A stretch of 64,000 nucleotides of DNA from contig NC_042997.1 in NCBI RefSeq assembly GCF_006345805.1, positions 110,484,001 through 110,548,000 on the forward strand, written 5' to 3'. Below are positions 10,751 through 22,869 of the stretch, one piece after another; position 1 is the first letter of the stretch, and every line of letters begins with the position of its first letter. A model generated the notes under the pieces. It ran no database searches, was not told the origin of the DNA, and was given only the letters and a program-made list of their open reading frames with translations. Source of the stretch: Octopus sinensis. Lineage: Eukaryota. The translations under genes were made by a program, and so were the position numbers.

Positions 10751-13325
10751 TTCTGGAGATGTTTTATTTTCATCTTTTTAACCATTCTTTGATGCTTTAT
10801 ATATATATATATATAATTCCATATGTATATATAACTTTGGAGTAATATTTCAGTCTCATCAGATTAATAAATTTAGTCAGTCTTGGGTCTGTAGAAAATT
10901 AAAAAAAGAAATTCTTCCTGCATTTTACATTGTTCTTACATTTCATAGATTTGATAATTACTTTGTTTTGATAGAAAAAAAAAAATCTTATTTCAGTTTA
11001 AGAAGAAAATTCCATTCATTGGATTATTTTTTTCTTTGTTTATATGGTATTGTGAAGCTATGAGGTTGGTGAGGGGGCACAAAGACATAGACAGGATCAT
11101 CTAAATGATTAGGATTATTGTAATTAATCTAATGTATTGCAAAATTATTCTCTGTATATTTTAGAATCAGATGCTAACTTGCAAAACACACACACACACA
11201 CATGGATTTGCACATTTTAACTTTCTTTGGGTACTGATCTGCCCGAGAGCTCTTGTGATCTAAATTAAAACTTCCCATAAAAATTTCATGTTAATTCACA
11301 TTCCAAACATAGATTAACAATGACAAATTTTATTAAACCTTTCCTGATTTATCAAGATTATTTGAAACAAACACAGTAGATATCATTACTATCATGGTAA
11401 CAAATAGACCAACATGGAAAATTTGGTTTTTCTTTTTCCTGCTAAATTGTCTGTGTTTGTATTCCTCATGGCTTCATTTGATGAAATCTCCAATTTTTAG
11501 TTTTGAGACTTCTGGATTTGAACCATTCATACATAAACTATTTCCATGTTACTTTTTTTTTTTCTAAGAGTCACCAATATGAACTCTGCCTTCTTTTTAT
11601 TACGCTCTTTACAATGTTGTAACAAATCACCAAACTGCACATATTTGTCGATGTATATGCTTTTTTGGTGGTTTAATTTAATTTTTAATGGTAAAACATG
11701 TTTTCTTTCTTTGTTCTTTTTTGAATTTGTACAGAAAAATATTTTCAAAAGAATTATTTTTTCAATTGTAGCGAAATTTTAAGTCTATCAAAAATATATT
11801 GAATGTATATTGTCTTAATCACAGAGCAAACTTATTGAATATTGATTTGCAATTTATTGAAACGATAATCACTAGCGAATTATAACACATGAACACACAT
11901 TGGGATGTACCACATGAAATCGTATTTCCATGTACCACATGAAATTTATTTTTAAAGAAAAATATAAATTGGATTAAACAAATTTATTTTTTAAAATAGG
12001 CTCCATTATGTTTGGTTTTTCTTGTCTTTTTTTGCCATTTTGATGTTAAATTAGATATTTGTACTTAAAAAGATGTAAACTGTTTGTCTTTAGGGTCTCT
12101 GAACTGCTCAAATACTTTGGGATTCACAAATCTTTTATTATACGTCTTCAGTTCAAAGATGGCAGTTAGTTGATTAGTGCAGAAAATTTTCTGTAACGAT
12201 GCTCTGATAATTTTTTTTGTATCAGTGTGTGAACAAACATTGCTAAGCACCAGAATTGGTCCATCTCTGTTAACTAGAATTGGCTGTTTTCATTTCTGTT
12301 TTTCATGCAAAAAAGTTAATTTCTGGTAGTAGGAGGTTACAGTAATCAATTCCCCTTTGTTGCCCTGGCTCCCAAAAAACAGATCAAGAATTATTGCTGT
12401 TCGTAAACCTTAATACTGTCACCACAAACTTATTTTGGACAACTCCTGTTCATCATCACTGCATTCACTTCTATCTCTGACCTTCTCTTATTATGAAATT
12501 ACTCGCCCTCCATCATCATTTAATGCCCATTTTCCATGCCATCATGAGTTGAAAAGTTTGACTGTCAAGGCCAGGAGCCACACCAGGTTTCATTGGCTGT
12601 TTTGACATGGTTTCTCCAACTGTATGCCCTTCCTATCACCAACCACATTACAGAGTGGACAGGGTGTGCTGTTTATGTGGTACCAACATCAGTGTTTATG
12701 TGGCATCATCAACAGTTCTCTTCTTAATTAGTCTTTATTTATGATAGACTTTGTTTTCTCTGATGGCTGGATCCCCCTAAAATTGCTGAATATGCCATTG
12801 GTATAATCTCAAAGTTAAGTCTTTTGATATCAAACTGCTTGGCACTGACCCTCATTCTGTGAGAGACAACCTTTTATAATTAACCAAATAATTAAAACCT
12901 TCCTTCATTATGACAAACTTGGTTCACTAAATTCTTTATTATTTTCAAAGTTAATTGAAACAAAAAAAAAAATGTATTTTAATAGAAACATCTCAGGCAA
13001 AGGATTAGAACAGTTGTCTCCAAAATGCCAAATCAAATGTTTTTGGACCATCAGTTGCCTTATATCCTAATTTGGTGTTGGATGAAAAAATACCCAGAAG
13101 CTGTTTGTTCAGGCACCAAATTATTGATGATTCTAAAACAAATACAATCAACGTCTATGAGTTAAGTCCTGCCTGAAGCATGAAGCCAAATGAATTTAAA
13201 AGTTAGCCATAGATTAATCCAATAACTACTTTCTTTAATATGTATAATAATGATAATAATAATAAAACCATTGCCTTTGAAATTTTTCGTGGTGAAAATT
13301 ACATTCATGTGGTATAGTTTAATAC

Positions 13326-13358
13326 ATGTGTGTGTGTATATATATATATGTATATATA

Positions 13359-13389
<31 letters not shown>

Positions 13390-14113
13390 TATGTATATAT
13401 ACGTATGTATATACGTATATATATATGTATATATACGTATGTATATACGTATATATATATGTATATATATGTATATATATATATGTATATATATGTATGT
13501 ATATACGTATATATATATGTATATATATGTATGTATATACGTATATATATATGTATATATACGTATATATATATATACGTATATATATATATACGTATAT
13601 ATATATACGTATATGTATATATACGTATATATATGTATATATACGTATATATATATATACGTATATATATATATACGTATATATATATACGTATATGTAT
13701 ATATACGTATATATATATGTATATATACGTATATGTATATATACGTATATGTATATATACGTATATGTATATATACGTATATATATATGTATATATACGT
13801 ATATGTATATATACGTATATATACGTATATGTATATATGTATATGTATATATACATATATGTATATATACGTATATATACGTATATGTATATATATGTAT
13901 ATATACGTATATGTATATATACGTATATATACGTATACGTATATATACGTATACGTATATGTATATATACGTATATATACGTATACGTATATATACGTAT
14001 ATGTATATATACGTATATGTATATATACGTATATGTATATATACATATATATATATGTATATGTATAAAAATGTGTATGCATGTATATTTGTGTGTGTAA
14101 ATGTATATATATA
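13326..14113. repeat. ~790-bp (TA)n-based alternating purine/pyrimidine tract with TACG/TATG variants
   Basis: Visible directly in sequence. Confidence 0.95.
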
Positions 14114-14383
14114 GATGTATATATGTAGTTGAAATTTCTTATTTTTGCTTTTTTTGTATATTTTACCCACTTATTTGTTTAGAAATTTAATTATATTCAT
14201 GCACACACATACATACCCCTATACAGACACTTGCAAACACATGCCAAGGTACCCTTTGTTAACTATTCTGTTCATTGATATATAAACACATATGTACTGA
14301 AAGTATGAAAATATATTTTTTTCTATTTTTATAGAATTTGGCTATTATTTTGTACATTTTGTTGAAATTAATACAATTTTTGT

Positions 14384-14394
14384 AATAAAATAAA
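14384..14394 (+). terminator. Overlapping AATAAA pair, candidate distal poly(A) signal of the Mcr-like gene
   Basis: aataaaataaa preceded by TGTA elements in U-rich context; a proximal AATAAA also exists at 10193-10198. Confidence 0.35.
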
Positions 14395-14457
14395 ATATAA
14401 AAATATTTAACATTGCTTCTTTATTCATAAAAACCAGGGTTTATATATAGACCTTTC

Positions 14458-15898
14458 TCACAGGGTGGCTTTTATAAATGTTGAGGTTCCTGCTGTTGGC
14501 TGCCTTTTATCATCTCCACCCTCATCGTTTCCACCCTATTTTGAAAGCACGTCACTCTGTGGTTAAGGTATCTGGCCTACAGTCATGAAGTTGTGAGTTC
14601 AGTTTTCAACATGTTGTGTCCTTGAGCAAGACACTTTATTTTATGTTTCTGCAATCTACACAGATGGCAAAAATGAGTTGTACCTGTATTTCAAGAGGGC
14701 CAGCCTTTCACACTCTAGTCATGCTGAATCTCTTTGAGAACTGTGTTATGGGTAGCTGAGTCTGTGGAGTACTCAGTCACTTGCATGTTGATTTCACTAG
14801 CAGGCTGTTGATCAGATCAACTGGAACCCCCATTGTCATAACCAACAGGGTTCAAGTTTTTCTGTGATGTAAGTAACTCTTCTGTAATAGTAAACCAATT
14901 CTGTTCTGGACCCTTCTCACCCATCTTGCTCCCATTTTGTAGCATAAAGCCACCTTCTTCAGGGTTCATAGCCCTGCTAGCTGCATGGCTACCTCACTAG
15001 TGCTGGTGCCACATCCAGTACAATTTGTCAAGCAGTTGGTGATGGGGAAGGGCATCCAGCTGTAGAAACCATGTTGAAGCAGACACTGGAGTGGAATATG
15101 ATACCATCCTTGGACCTGCCGAATCCCATCAAACTCTTTTATCCATGTCATTAGGGAACCTGGATGTTAAATGATGTTGGTGATGACACTTTGTCCCAGG
15201 AAGGTTGGCTCAACACAACCAACACCAACAGGGTTTGAACACCAGATTATGTAACACTAAACTAGAAACCTAGATGTCAGCCTGTCCTTTTATTTTTCAC
15301 TATTCTAAAGAAAAATCTTCCTGTAATCTTTCTAGTTGATGTTTTTGTTTAGCATCAAGCCAGTCTTGATTGATGACATTTATGATCAAGAGTTCTGTCC
15401 ATGACCATCCAGCCTATTTCTATATTTGGCAACACCTCTGAAATTAGAACCAAATTAGCTGATTATTTCTCTTCTTGCTAACACCTAGAGCTTTTAATCA
15501 CTGCTCTAGTTGTTTGCAACTCAAATGAAAAGAAGCAGAAACATTACATGGAGTAATGTGTGGTACAAATTCCAAAGCAGAAAGAACAAGGACCAGAATC
15601 AGTAGTGGAGTCTGTGAGAGTGTGTCAAGCTTCTAAATCAGTTTCAAAACAGTTTTGGTATTTACAAAATCAGGAATTCAAATTCTGAATATGCAAAACT
15701 CAAACTCTTTTTGGTGAATACTAAGTGAAGTTCCTAATTCTTCACAACTGAGGTTCATTTACAATGCAATAACAATTGGATATCCAACTTGAAGAATTTG
15801 ACCATTTTGGAATATCATAAATCTTACAAAGACATCGGAAAATTTAGCCACTTTCGGGGGATTGTTGAAAATTGCATCAATATTGTCTACCAGTTTAC
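14458..15898 (-). other. Candidate unannotated two-exon 3' coding end (15898-15828, 14535-14458)
   Basis: cctccacag acceptor, then (G)KLVDNIDAIFNNPPKVAKFSDVF, then gtaaga donor; tttcaaaatag acceptor, then GGNDEGGDDKRQPTAGTSTFIKATL*; AATAAA on - strand at 14425-14420. No homology recognised. Confidence 0.3.
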
Positions 15899-15899
15899 C

Positions 15900-16066
15900 T
15901 GTGGAGGAATGGAGATTTTGGAACAAGAAGCAAAGGAGGAAGGGTGACTTTGGGACCAGAAGCAAGGGAGGAGGGGTAGCTTTGGGACTGGAAGCAAGGG
16001 AGGAGGGGTGACTTTGGGACCTGAAGCAATGGAGAAGGGGTGACTTTGAGACCAGAAGCAAGGGGA
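15900..16066. repeat. 32-bp minisatellite, about 5 copies
   Basis: GAAGCAAGGGAGGAGGGGTGACTTTGGGACCA units starting 15927, 15959, 15991, 16023, 16055. Confidence 0.9.
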
Positions 16067-17325
16067 AGTGACATCACATCAAGAAGCAGGGCATTTGAAT
16101 GGTCTCTTTCTTCATCAGGATATTGAGGGGAACAGGCATGTGGAAAGGATCTCTGAGGGAGAGTAGTTTCTGGCTAGAGGTTGGGGTAGTGTACATGTGC
16201 ATGTATGGCCAACAAGTTTTGATGATCCTTGTGAAGCAAAGCTGAATACGCTGTTCTGAGTTTGTCTTTGAGGTGAGACTATCCTTGTTTTTTTTTGCTT
16301 TTCTTTCTACACTACGAATGCGAGTAGTTTAAATTTTATATTTAAGCAAGAACCATTTCCATGTTGGACTTTTGGATAATCATACTTGTGAATCAATTAA
16401 GAATTTCTACATTATGACTTGCTGGTTCCATGTAAAAAGTACCCAGTCCACTCTGTAAAATACTGGCATTAGGAAAGGCACCCAGTCGTAGAAACCGTGC
16501 CAAAACAGATGAATTGAGCCTAGTGCAGCACTCCAGCCTTGCCATCTCCTGTCAGACTATCCAACCCATGCCAGCAGGGAAAACAGACGTTAAATGATGA
16601 TGATGATGATGATGCATCACATCTAATATCTCTGAAAGTTGCAAAGAAATGTGGAACCAAAAGAAACGTAGAACCAAATTCTTCCATTGAAACACAAGGT
16701 AAGAAGCTGCTTTATTAAATTTCAAACATTTCTTATGTATTTCATCCCCTCTGCCTCATCCTGCTCTTGCTTGACCCACCCCTATTTTCTTTTTACTTTC
16801 TCCACAAACAGAACCACCCCATCCCTAACCAGCTGTCACTCTCCTTTCACACAAACCTACCAAACCTTGATTCTCTGTCCCTATTCTCTCTTTAATCACT
16901 TTCTTGTACCTTAAGGGTACACCCCAACACCTCATCTCCACCCTTTTCCCCTTTCCTGCTGGGGTAGCCATGTATCTCCTCTTCAACAAGACCCCTGTTC
17001 TTGTCCCTCTATTATACTTTCTCTCAACACCTGGTACAAAGTCACCCCCTCTATACCACACACTCTGTTAAGAGGTCTTGCCTCACAAGTGACCTCACTT
17101 CTGCCAGTGTCACAAAAACAAACAAATACCCAGTCCACACTGTAAAGTGTTTGGCATTAGGAAAGACACCCAGCCATAGAAACCTTGCCAAAATGGACAC
17201 TGGAGCTTGGTGCAGCCCTCTGGTTCAATGGATCTTGCCAAACTGTCCAGCCGATTCCAACCTGGGAAATACACATTAAGCAGTGTTTGTTATTATAATG
17301 ATTATTAAAATCAACATTGAACATT

Positions 17326-17777
17326 GGGCCTGATGGAGGCAAATGGCTGAGTTCCTATTGAGTGTTGGGCCTTGTGGAGGTGAGGTGGCCAAGCTCCTTT
17401 TGAACGGGCCTCATGGAGGCAAGATGGCCGAGTTCCTATTGAGTGTTGGGCCTTGTGGAGGTGAGGTGGCCAAGCTCCTTTTGAACAGGCCTCATGGAGG
17501 CAAGATGGCCGAGTTCTTATTGAGTGTTGGGCCTTGTGGAGGTGAGGTGGCCAAGCTCCTTTTGAACGGGCCTCATGGAGGCAAGATGGCCGAGTTCCTA
17601 TTGAGTGTTGGGCCTTGTGGAGGTGAGGTGGCCAAGCTCCTTTTGAACGGGCCTCATGGAGGCAAGATGGCCGAGTTCCTATTGAGTGTTGAGCCTTGTG
17701 GAGGTGAGGTGGCCAAGCTCCTTTTGAACGGGTCTCATGGAGGCAAAGTGGCTGAGCTCCTTTCAAGTGTTGGGTCT
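17326..17777. repeat. 81-bp minisatellite (42+39 bp dimer), about 5.5 copies
   Basis: Unit starts at 17326, 17406, 17487, 17568, 17649, 17730. Confidence 0.95.
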
Positions 17778-18269
17778 CACAATCATGAATTTTAAATTTT
17801 TGATGAATAGTTTTGAGATCAGATTGAGCCTAGTGCAGCCTTCTGGCTCACCAGTTCTCAGTCAAACCATCCAACCCATGCCAGCATGGAAACCAGATGT
17901 TAAACAACAATGACGATGATGATGATGATGATGACCTGTCCTTGAGCAAGATACTTTATTTCACATTGCTCCAGTCTGGCCAATGCCAGTGCCACCTAAC
18001 TGGCTCCCATTACACTCTGAGTAAAAAAAGCACCCACTACACTCTGGGTGGCTGTCATTAGGAAGGGCATCAAGCTGTAGAAACTCTGCCAGATCAGATT
18101 GCAGCCTGGTGCAGCCTCCTGGCTTGCCAGTCCCCAGTCAAACCGTCCAACCCATGCCAGCATGAAAAACGGGCGTTAAACAATGATGCTTATGATTTCC
18201 AAGGGCCAGGCAAGTCACTCCCACTGAATCTCCCCAAGGACTACATTAAGAGGACACACATCAGATATG

Positions 18270-19085
18270 ATGTGGTGTGCAAGAGAGACGACTGTGCTGG
18301 TATGGTCATGTGGCGAGAATGGATGAGGATAGCTGTGTGAAAAAGTGCCACACCCTTGTGGTTGAGGAAACCTGTGGAAGAATTAGACCCAAGAAGTCCT
18401 GGGATGAGGTGGTGAAGCATGACCTTCAAATATTAGGTCTCACTGAGGCAATTACTAGTGATCGAGACCTTTGGAATTATGCTGTGCTTAAGAAGACCCA
18501 ACAAGCCAAGTGAGACCATAACCTTGCGGCCTATGCCAGGGGTGTAACCAGCCCACTTATGTGTACCTTTCCTTCATTGGATACTAAAGTCTGCTTGCGA
18601 AGACCTGTTGAGGCAAGGGAAATCAAAATAAAAATCAAATTTGATGACTGGCATCTGTGCTAGTGGAGCACTAAGAGTACCATCTGAGCGTGATCGTTAC
18701 CAGAGCAGCTAACTGGCTTCTATGCCGTAAAAAGCGTGATTGTTACCAGTGTCGCCTTACTGACACTTTTGCCAGTGGAACGTGAAAAAAACATTTGAGC
18801 GAGGTCGTTGCCAGTGCCACTGGACTGGCTCCTGTGCAGTTGGCACATAAAAAACACCATTTGAGCGTGGCCGTTGCCAGTACTGCCTGACTGCCCTCGT
18901 GCCAGTGGCACATAAAAGCACCCACTACATTCTCAGAGTGGTTGGCGTCAGGAAGGGCATCCAGCTGTAGAAACTCTGCCAGATCAGATTGGAGCCTGGT
19001 GCAGTCATCTGGTTCGCCAGTCCTCAGTCAAATCATCCAACCCATGCTAGCATGGAAAGCGGACGTTTAACGATAATGATGTTGG
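18270..19085 (+). mobile_element. RTE LINE 3' end: ORF C-terminus, 3' UTR and (GAT)n tail
   Basis: [21 protein letters not shown]...[17 protein letters not shown]...DRDLW* followed by the abundant GCACCCACTACACTCTC...CCAACCCATGCTAGCATGG-GATGAT body. Confidence 0.85.
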
Positions 19086-19099
19086 TGATTTGTTTGTTT

Positions 19100-19463
19100 G
19101 TTAAGCGAAGCAGTCTTCGTCCCATTAGTGGGAGAAGTCTGAAACGTGGTCCTTTGCTATTCATAAGATCCGCAGAAGAGAAAGCAGGTCAACCCCCGAC
19201 ACCAAGAGCATCGACGGATGGATGAATGCACATCCAGGCTCAGCGGTTGCGTAGGAAGTCGGGGAGAAGAAATAGGAAGAAAGAGTGAGAGAAAGTTGGA
19301 GCGAAAGAGTACAACAGGGATCGCCACTACCCTCTGCCGGAGCCTCGTGGAGCTTTAAGTGTTTTTGCTCAATAAACACACACATCGCCCGGTCTGGGAA
19401 TCAAAACTGCGATCCTCCGACCGCGAGTCTGCTGCCCTCACCACTGAACCATTGTGCCTCCAC
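19100..19463 (-). mobile_element. tRNA-derived SINE (GTGGAGGCACAATGG head)
   Basis: A/B-box-like head at 19463-19390; second copy at about 1965-2252 (-). Confidence 0.75.
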
Positions 19464-19636
19464 TTGATGTTGATGATGACATCTGTGGAGTAATTAGCCA
19501 CTTGTATGTTAATTTCATGAGCAAGCTGTTTCATTGATCAGATCAACTAGAACATTTGTCATCATAATTGACAGTATCCCAATTTATTTTCTTTAAGTCT
19601 GGGATGTCCGTGTTTGCAGCAGCAGTATCTCACTTA

Positions 19637-19782
19637 CAGAGCCGGCCCTAGGTTTGCTGGCACCCTAGGCAAGCTGAACTTTGGTGCCCTTACAAGTATA
19701 ATTTTTAAAAAACTTTCACAAGGAGAAAAACTGAAAATGTAGGCTAAAAACCACATGGCGTTCTGGGCAACTGCTGGCCCTG
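19637..19782. mobile_element. hAT-type MITE
   Basis: TIR CAG(A/G)GCC(G/A)GC; perfect 8-bp TSD CTCACTTA at 19629-19636 and 19783-19790. Confidence 0.85.
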
Positions 19783-21142
19783 CTCACTTATAATGTATTG
19801 TGGATCAGTTGAGGTTTGTAGAGGGTTAGTAGTAATTGAAAGGGTCTGCAATATTTTCTGGTCCTGAAAAGGACGAATCTTTGCTATGTTATCAAAGTGG
19901 ATCCATTCTGTCTACCATCTGCGATGGTAAATAGAATGTTTTCTTTAGCTGATAAGAGCAGATTCACATCAATACTAGACCGCTATTCGAGTAATATTAT
20001 CTATAGATGAAGAGATATCACAACACGTGCTAAATTCCAATATTTGAGTTCTGCTGTACGATGGGGAACCTCACACCAGAGACTCGTTCCCTTGCAAGGT
20101 CTGCTGTACCTTGGGGAACCTCACACCAGAGATTCCTCCCCTTGCATTCCAGGAAACCACCATTTATATCCTTCTCCAGTCTAAGTAGCATTAGGTTGGT
20201 GCACAATCTCTCAACCAGCTAGAAATAGCAGTCAGATCTCCCTTAAATCACATTCTCCTCCTTATTCATTCTAAAATAAAAAAAGGGAGCCTGTAAGTCT
20301 AAGAGATTAATGACAATCTTACTTAGAACTAGAAAATAATGATTGAGGATAGACAAAACAATGCTTAAATACATGAATATTAAAGCATTATAAAAGTAAA
20401 CTTGGTAGCCTCACTAGTGCTGTGCCATGAGAAAAGTGCCCAGTATACTTTGTAAAGTGGTTGGCATTCGAGAGGGCACCCAACTGTTGATGTTCTGCCA
20501 AAGCAGACACTGGGGCCCAATGCAGTCTTTTGGCTTGTTGGATCCTGTCAAACGGTCCATCTTGTGCCAGTTGCGGTGTCTTTTCAACAAATTTTATTAT
20601 TCAACAAAAAATTTTAATAAAACACCAATTTATACAAAATGCCAAACAGTAATTGAAGTAGATGGTGAATATGCTCCGGAATAATCATTTAAAGATGTTT
20701 TTTGTTAAATGTTGTTATTGTTTTTGTTGAATAAAATTTATTTTAAAAAAGCTGCAATGCACCAAGCTAATATTTATATCTTTGTGTTGTTAACGGAGTC
20801 AAAAACAGTTTGGCCTAATGAGAGGATGTTTTCGAGATACCTTGTTATGGAATCAGAGAATGTTTAGTATGAGAGTGGAAGGTCGAGGAAAGGAGAATGA
20901 ACAATTGTATCATCTGAACATGAGTAAGATATTTTGGGGGATGAAGTTAAGTAGGTTGTTACGGTTTAGGAGGAGGTTTGTGGTGGAAAAGGTTGAAGCC
21001 AGAATTCAGGTTATTTCATTCCTTTTTCTTAGTCTATTTATTATTGCTAATCCTCACGCCGTCTCTCGTTATTCCCTCCTCTTATCACCCAGACGTCCAT
21101 CTCTGCCATGTCTCACTCTCTCACTCGCTGCTTACATTTATT

Positions 21143-21627
21143 CATCATCATTGTTTGACTGTGGTCAAGACAATGGAATTTACTATGTTACATCAGACCT
21201 CACGGTCCATCATAGCATTATGGAGGTCCTGTTGCTGGATGCCTGTATCCCTGGAGATTACATCAGGGTAGGAGAGTGTATGCCCTCTGGTATCGCGAGC
21301 AGATGGCTTCTAGAGGAGAAGAGTAGAAATCACCTCGTTTTCAGCTCTACAACAATGTCCAGCAAACTGGACTCTTCTACCTTTCACAAGAGATGATACA
21401 GGTGGTAGTTTCCCATATATTTGTACTTTGGTTGGATCACGCTTCCACGAGAGATTTTGAGCACACATAAGGAGGCAAGTGTAGGTTCAATCCAATCACC
21501 TCTCAAGCTTCTTTGATAACGTCCAGGTTTCTGAGCCATATAGTAGAATTGTTTCGACTGTGGCTTTGAAGATTTTAAGTTTGAAATCTCTACTTAGATT
21601 TGATGACCAGATCTTATGCATATCATT
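21143..21627 (-). mobile_element. Second copy of the same LINE 3' end
   Basis: Colinear and highly similar to 8257-8740. Confidence 0.85.
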
Positions 21628-22869
21628 CTATCTTCCTTCATCAGACCACATACGCTGTCTCCATTCAATCTCATCACCCTTTAGCTCTCTCCTCCCTCTC
21701 TTTCTATTCTCTCTTTTTCCCTTTTATCACCCTCTTACCCTCCTTCATTACTCTTCCTTCCAGTCTGCCAAAGACGAGGCAATCTGCTGCAGCTTTGTAA
21801 ATCTCATGAAATCCAACTGCCTGAGATCAATCTTTACCACTTTATCCCATGTCTTCCACTTTAAAGAACCTTTTCTATTTTTTACACAACAATCCTCCTT
21901 CCATATTACACACCCAAACTAATTGCAATCTTCTCTCTAACACACACCTCATTCCTCTTATACCCAATTTTTCTCTCGGCCCATTTGTGCTTCATCATTC
22001 ATGCTCACTAACATCATATATCCAGCAGGTCATTTCTTCCTAGTTTTCACAAATCCTCTACAATCAAAGCCTGTTTCTCACTACCATGTAGCAATATTAC
22101 ACTTTGTACACGAGTTTCCCACTGGAGGTAAATAGCTCCTCAAATTTTTTCCAACACATTCTGCACTTACATATTTTCGCCCTGCTAATTATTTTTTTTT
22201 ACTTGTTTCAGTCATTTGATTGCAGCCATGCTGGAGCACCACCTCTAGTCAAACAAATCGACCCCAGGACTTATTCTTTGTAAGCCCAGTACTTATTCTA
22301 TCAGCCTCTTTGGTTGAACTGCTAAGTTACAGCATCAGTGGTCAAGCGATGTTGGGGGACAAATATAGGAACACAAACACACACACACACATATAAATGT
22401 GTACTACACTCAAAGTTGTTGGCATTAGGAAGGGCATCCAGCTGTAGAAACTTTGCCAGATTAGATTGAGCCTGGTGCAGCCATCTGGCTCACCAGTCCT
22501 TAGTCAAACTGCCCAACCCATGCCAGCATGGTAAGCAGACGTTAAACGACGACATATACATATATATATATACAATGGACTTCTTTCAGTTTCCGTTTAC
22601 CAAATCTACTCACAAGGCTTTGGTGCCCCCCCCCCCCGGATATAGTAGGAGACACTTCTACTATAGCCAAGGTGCCATGCAGTGGGACTGAACCCTTAAC
22701 CATGTGGTTGGTAAGCAAGCTACTTACCACACAGCCACTCCTGCACTAATTAGGTCAATTAACAAAAGTCATCAATAGCTCCTTGGGAGTTGCCTGGGCA
22801 GTGAACCCAATCTATTTCATTGACACTCCTATGGCTTAATACATTTATTTATCTTCTCATTCTCCACAG

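Noticed and set aside
12065-13160. Protein-like open frames with splice-like sites on both strands (e.g. VSELLKYFGIHKSF, GYKATDGPKTFDLAFWRQLF)
   Set aside because: Several frames are open at once, one apparent acceptor lies inside a decayed MITE (12825-13010), no consistent exon chain could be built, and the region resembles 3' UTR.
13162-14170. Six overlapping 180-306 aa ORFs rich in Y/I/T/V
   Set aside because: Translations of a (TA)n-type microsatellite; stop-free only because of composition.
16630-16705. + strand CAAG|GTAAGA donor with a short open frame
   Set aside because: Isolated; no convincing acceptor or partner exons.
17326-17777. Regularly spaced repeats as a CRISPR-like array (also 4505-4799, 15900-16066)
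   Set aside because: Units are contiguous with no unique spacers, there are no cas genes, and the context is eukaryotic.
17311-17795. 150-aa repetitive ORFs on both strands
   Set aside because: Product of an 81-bp (multiple of 3) minisatellite; no splice context or recognisable domain.
20818-21396. 192-aa + strand ORF
   Set aside because: Largely the antisense of a LINE 3' fragment plus decayed sequence.
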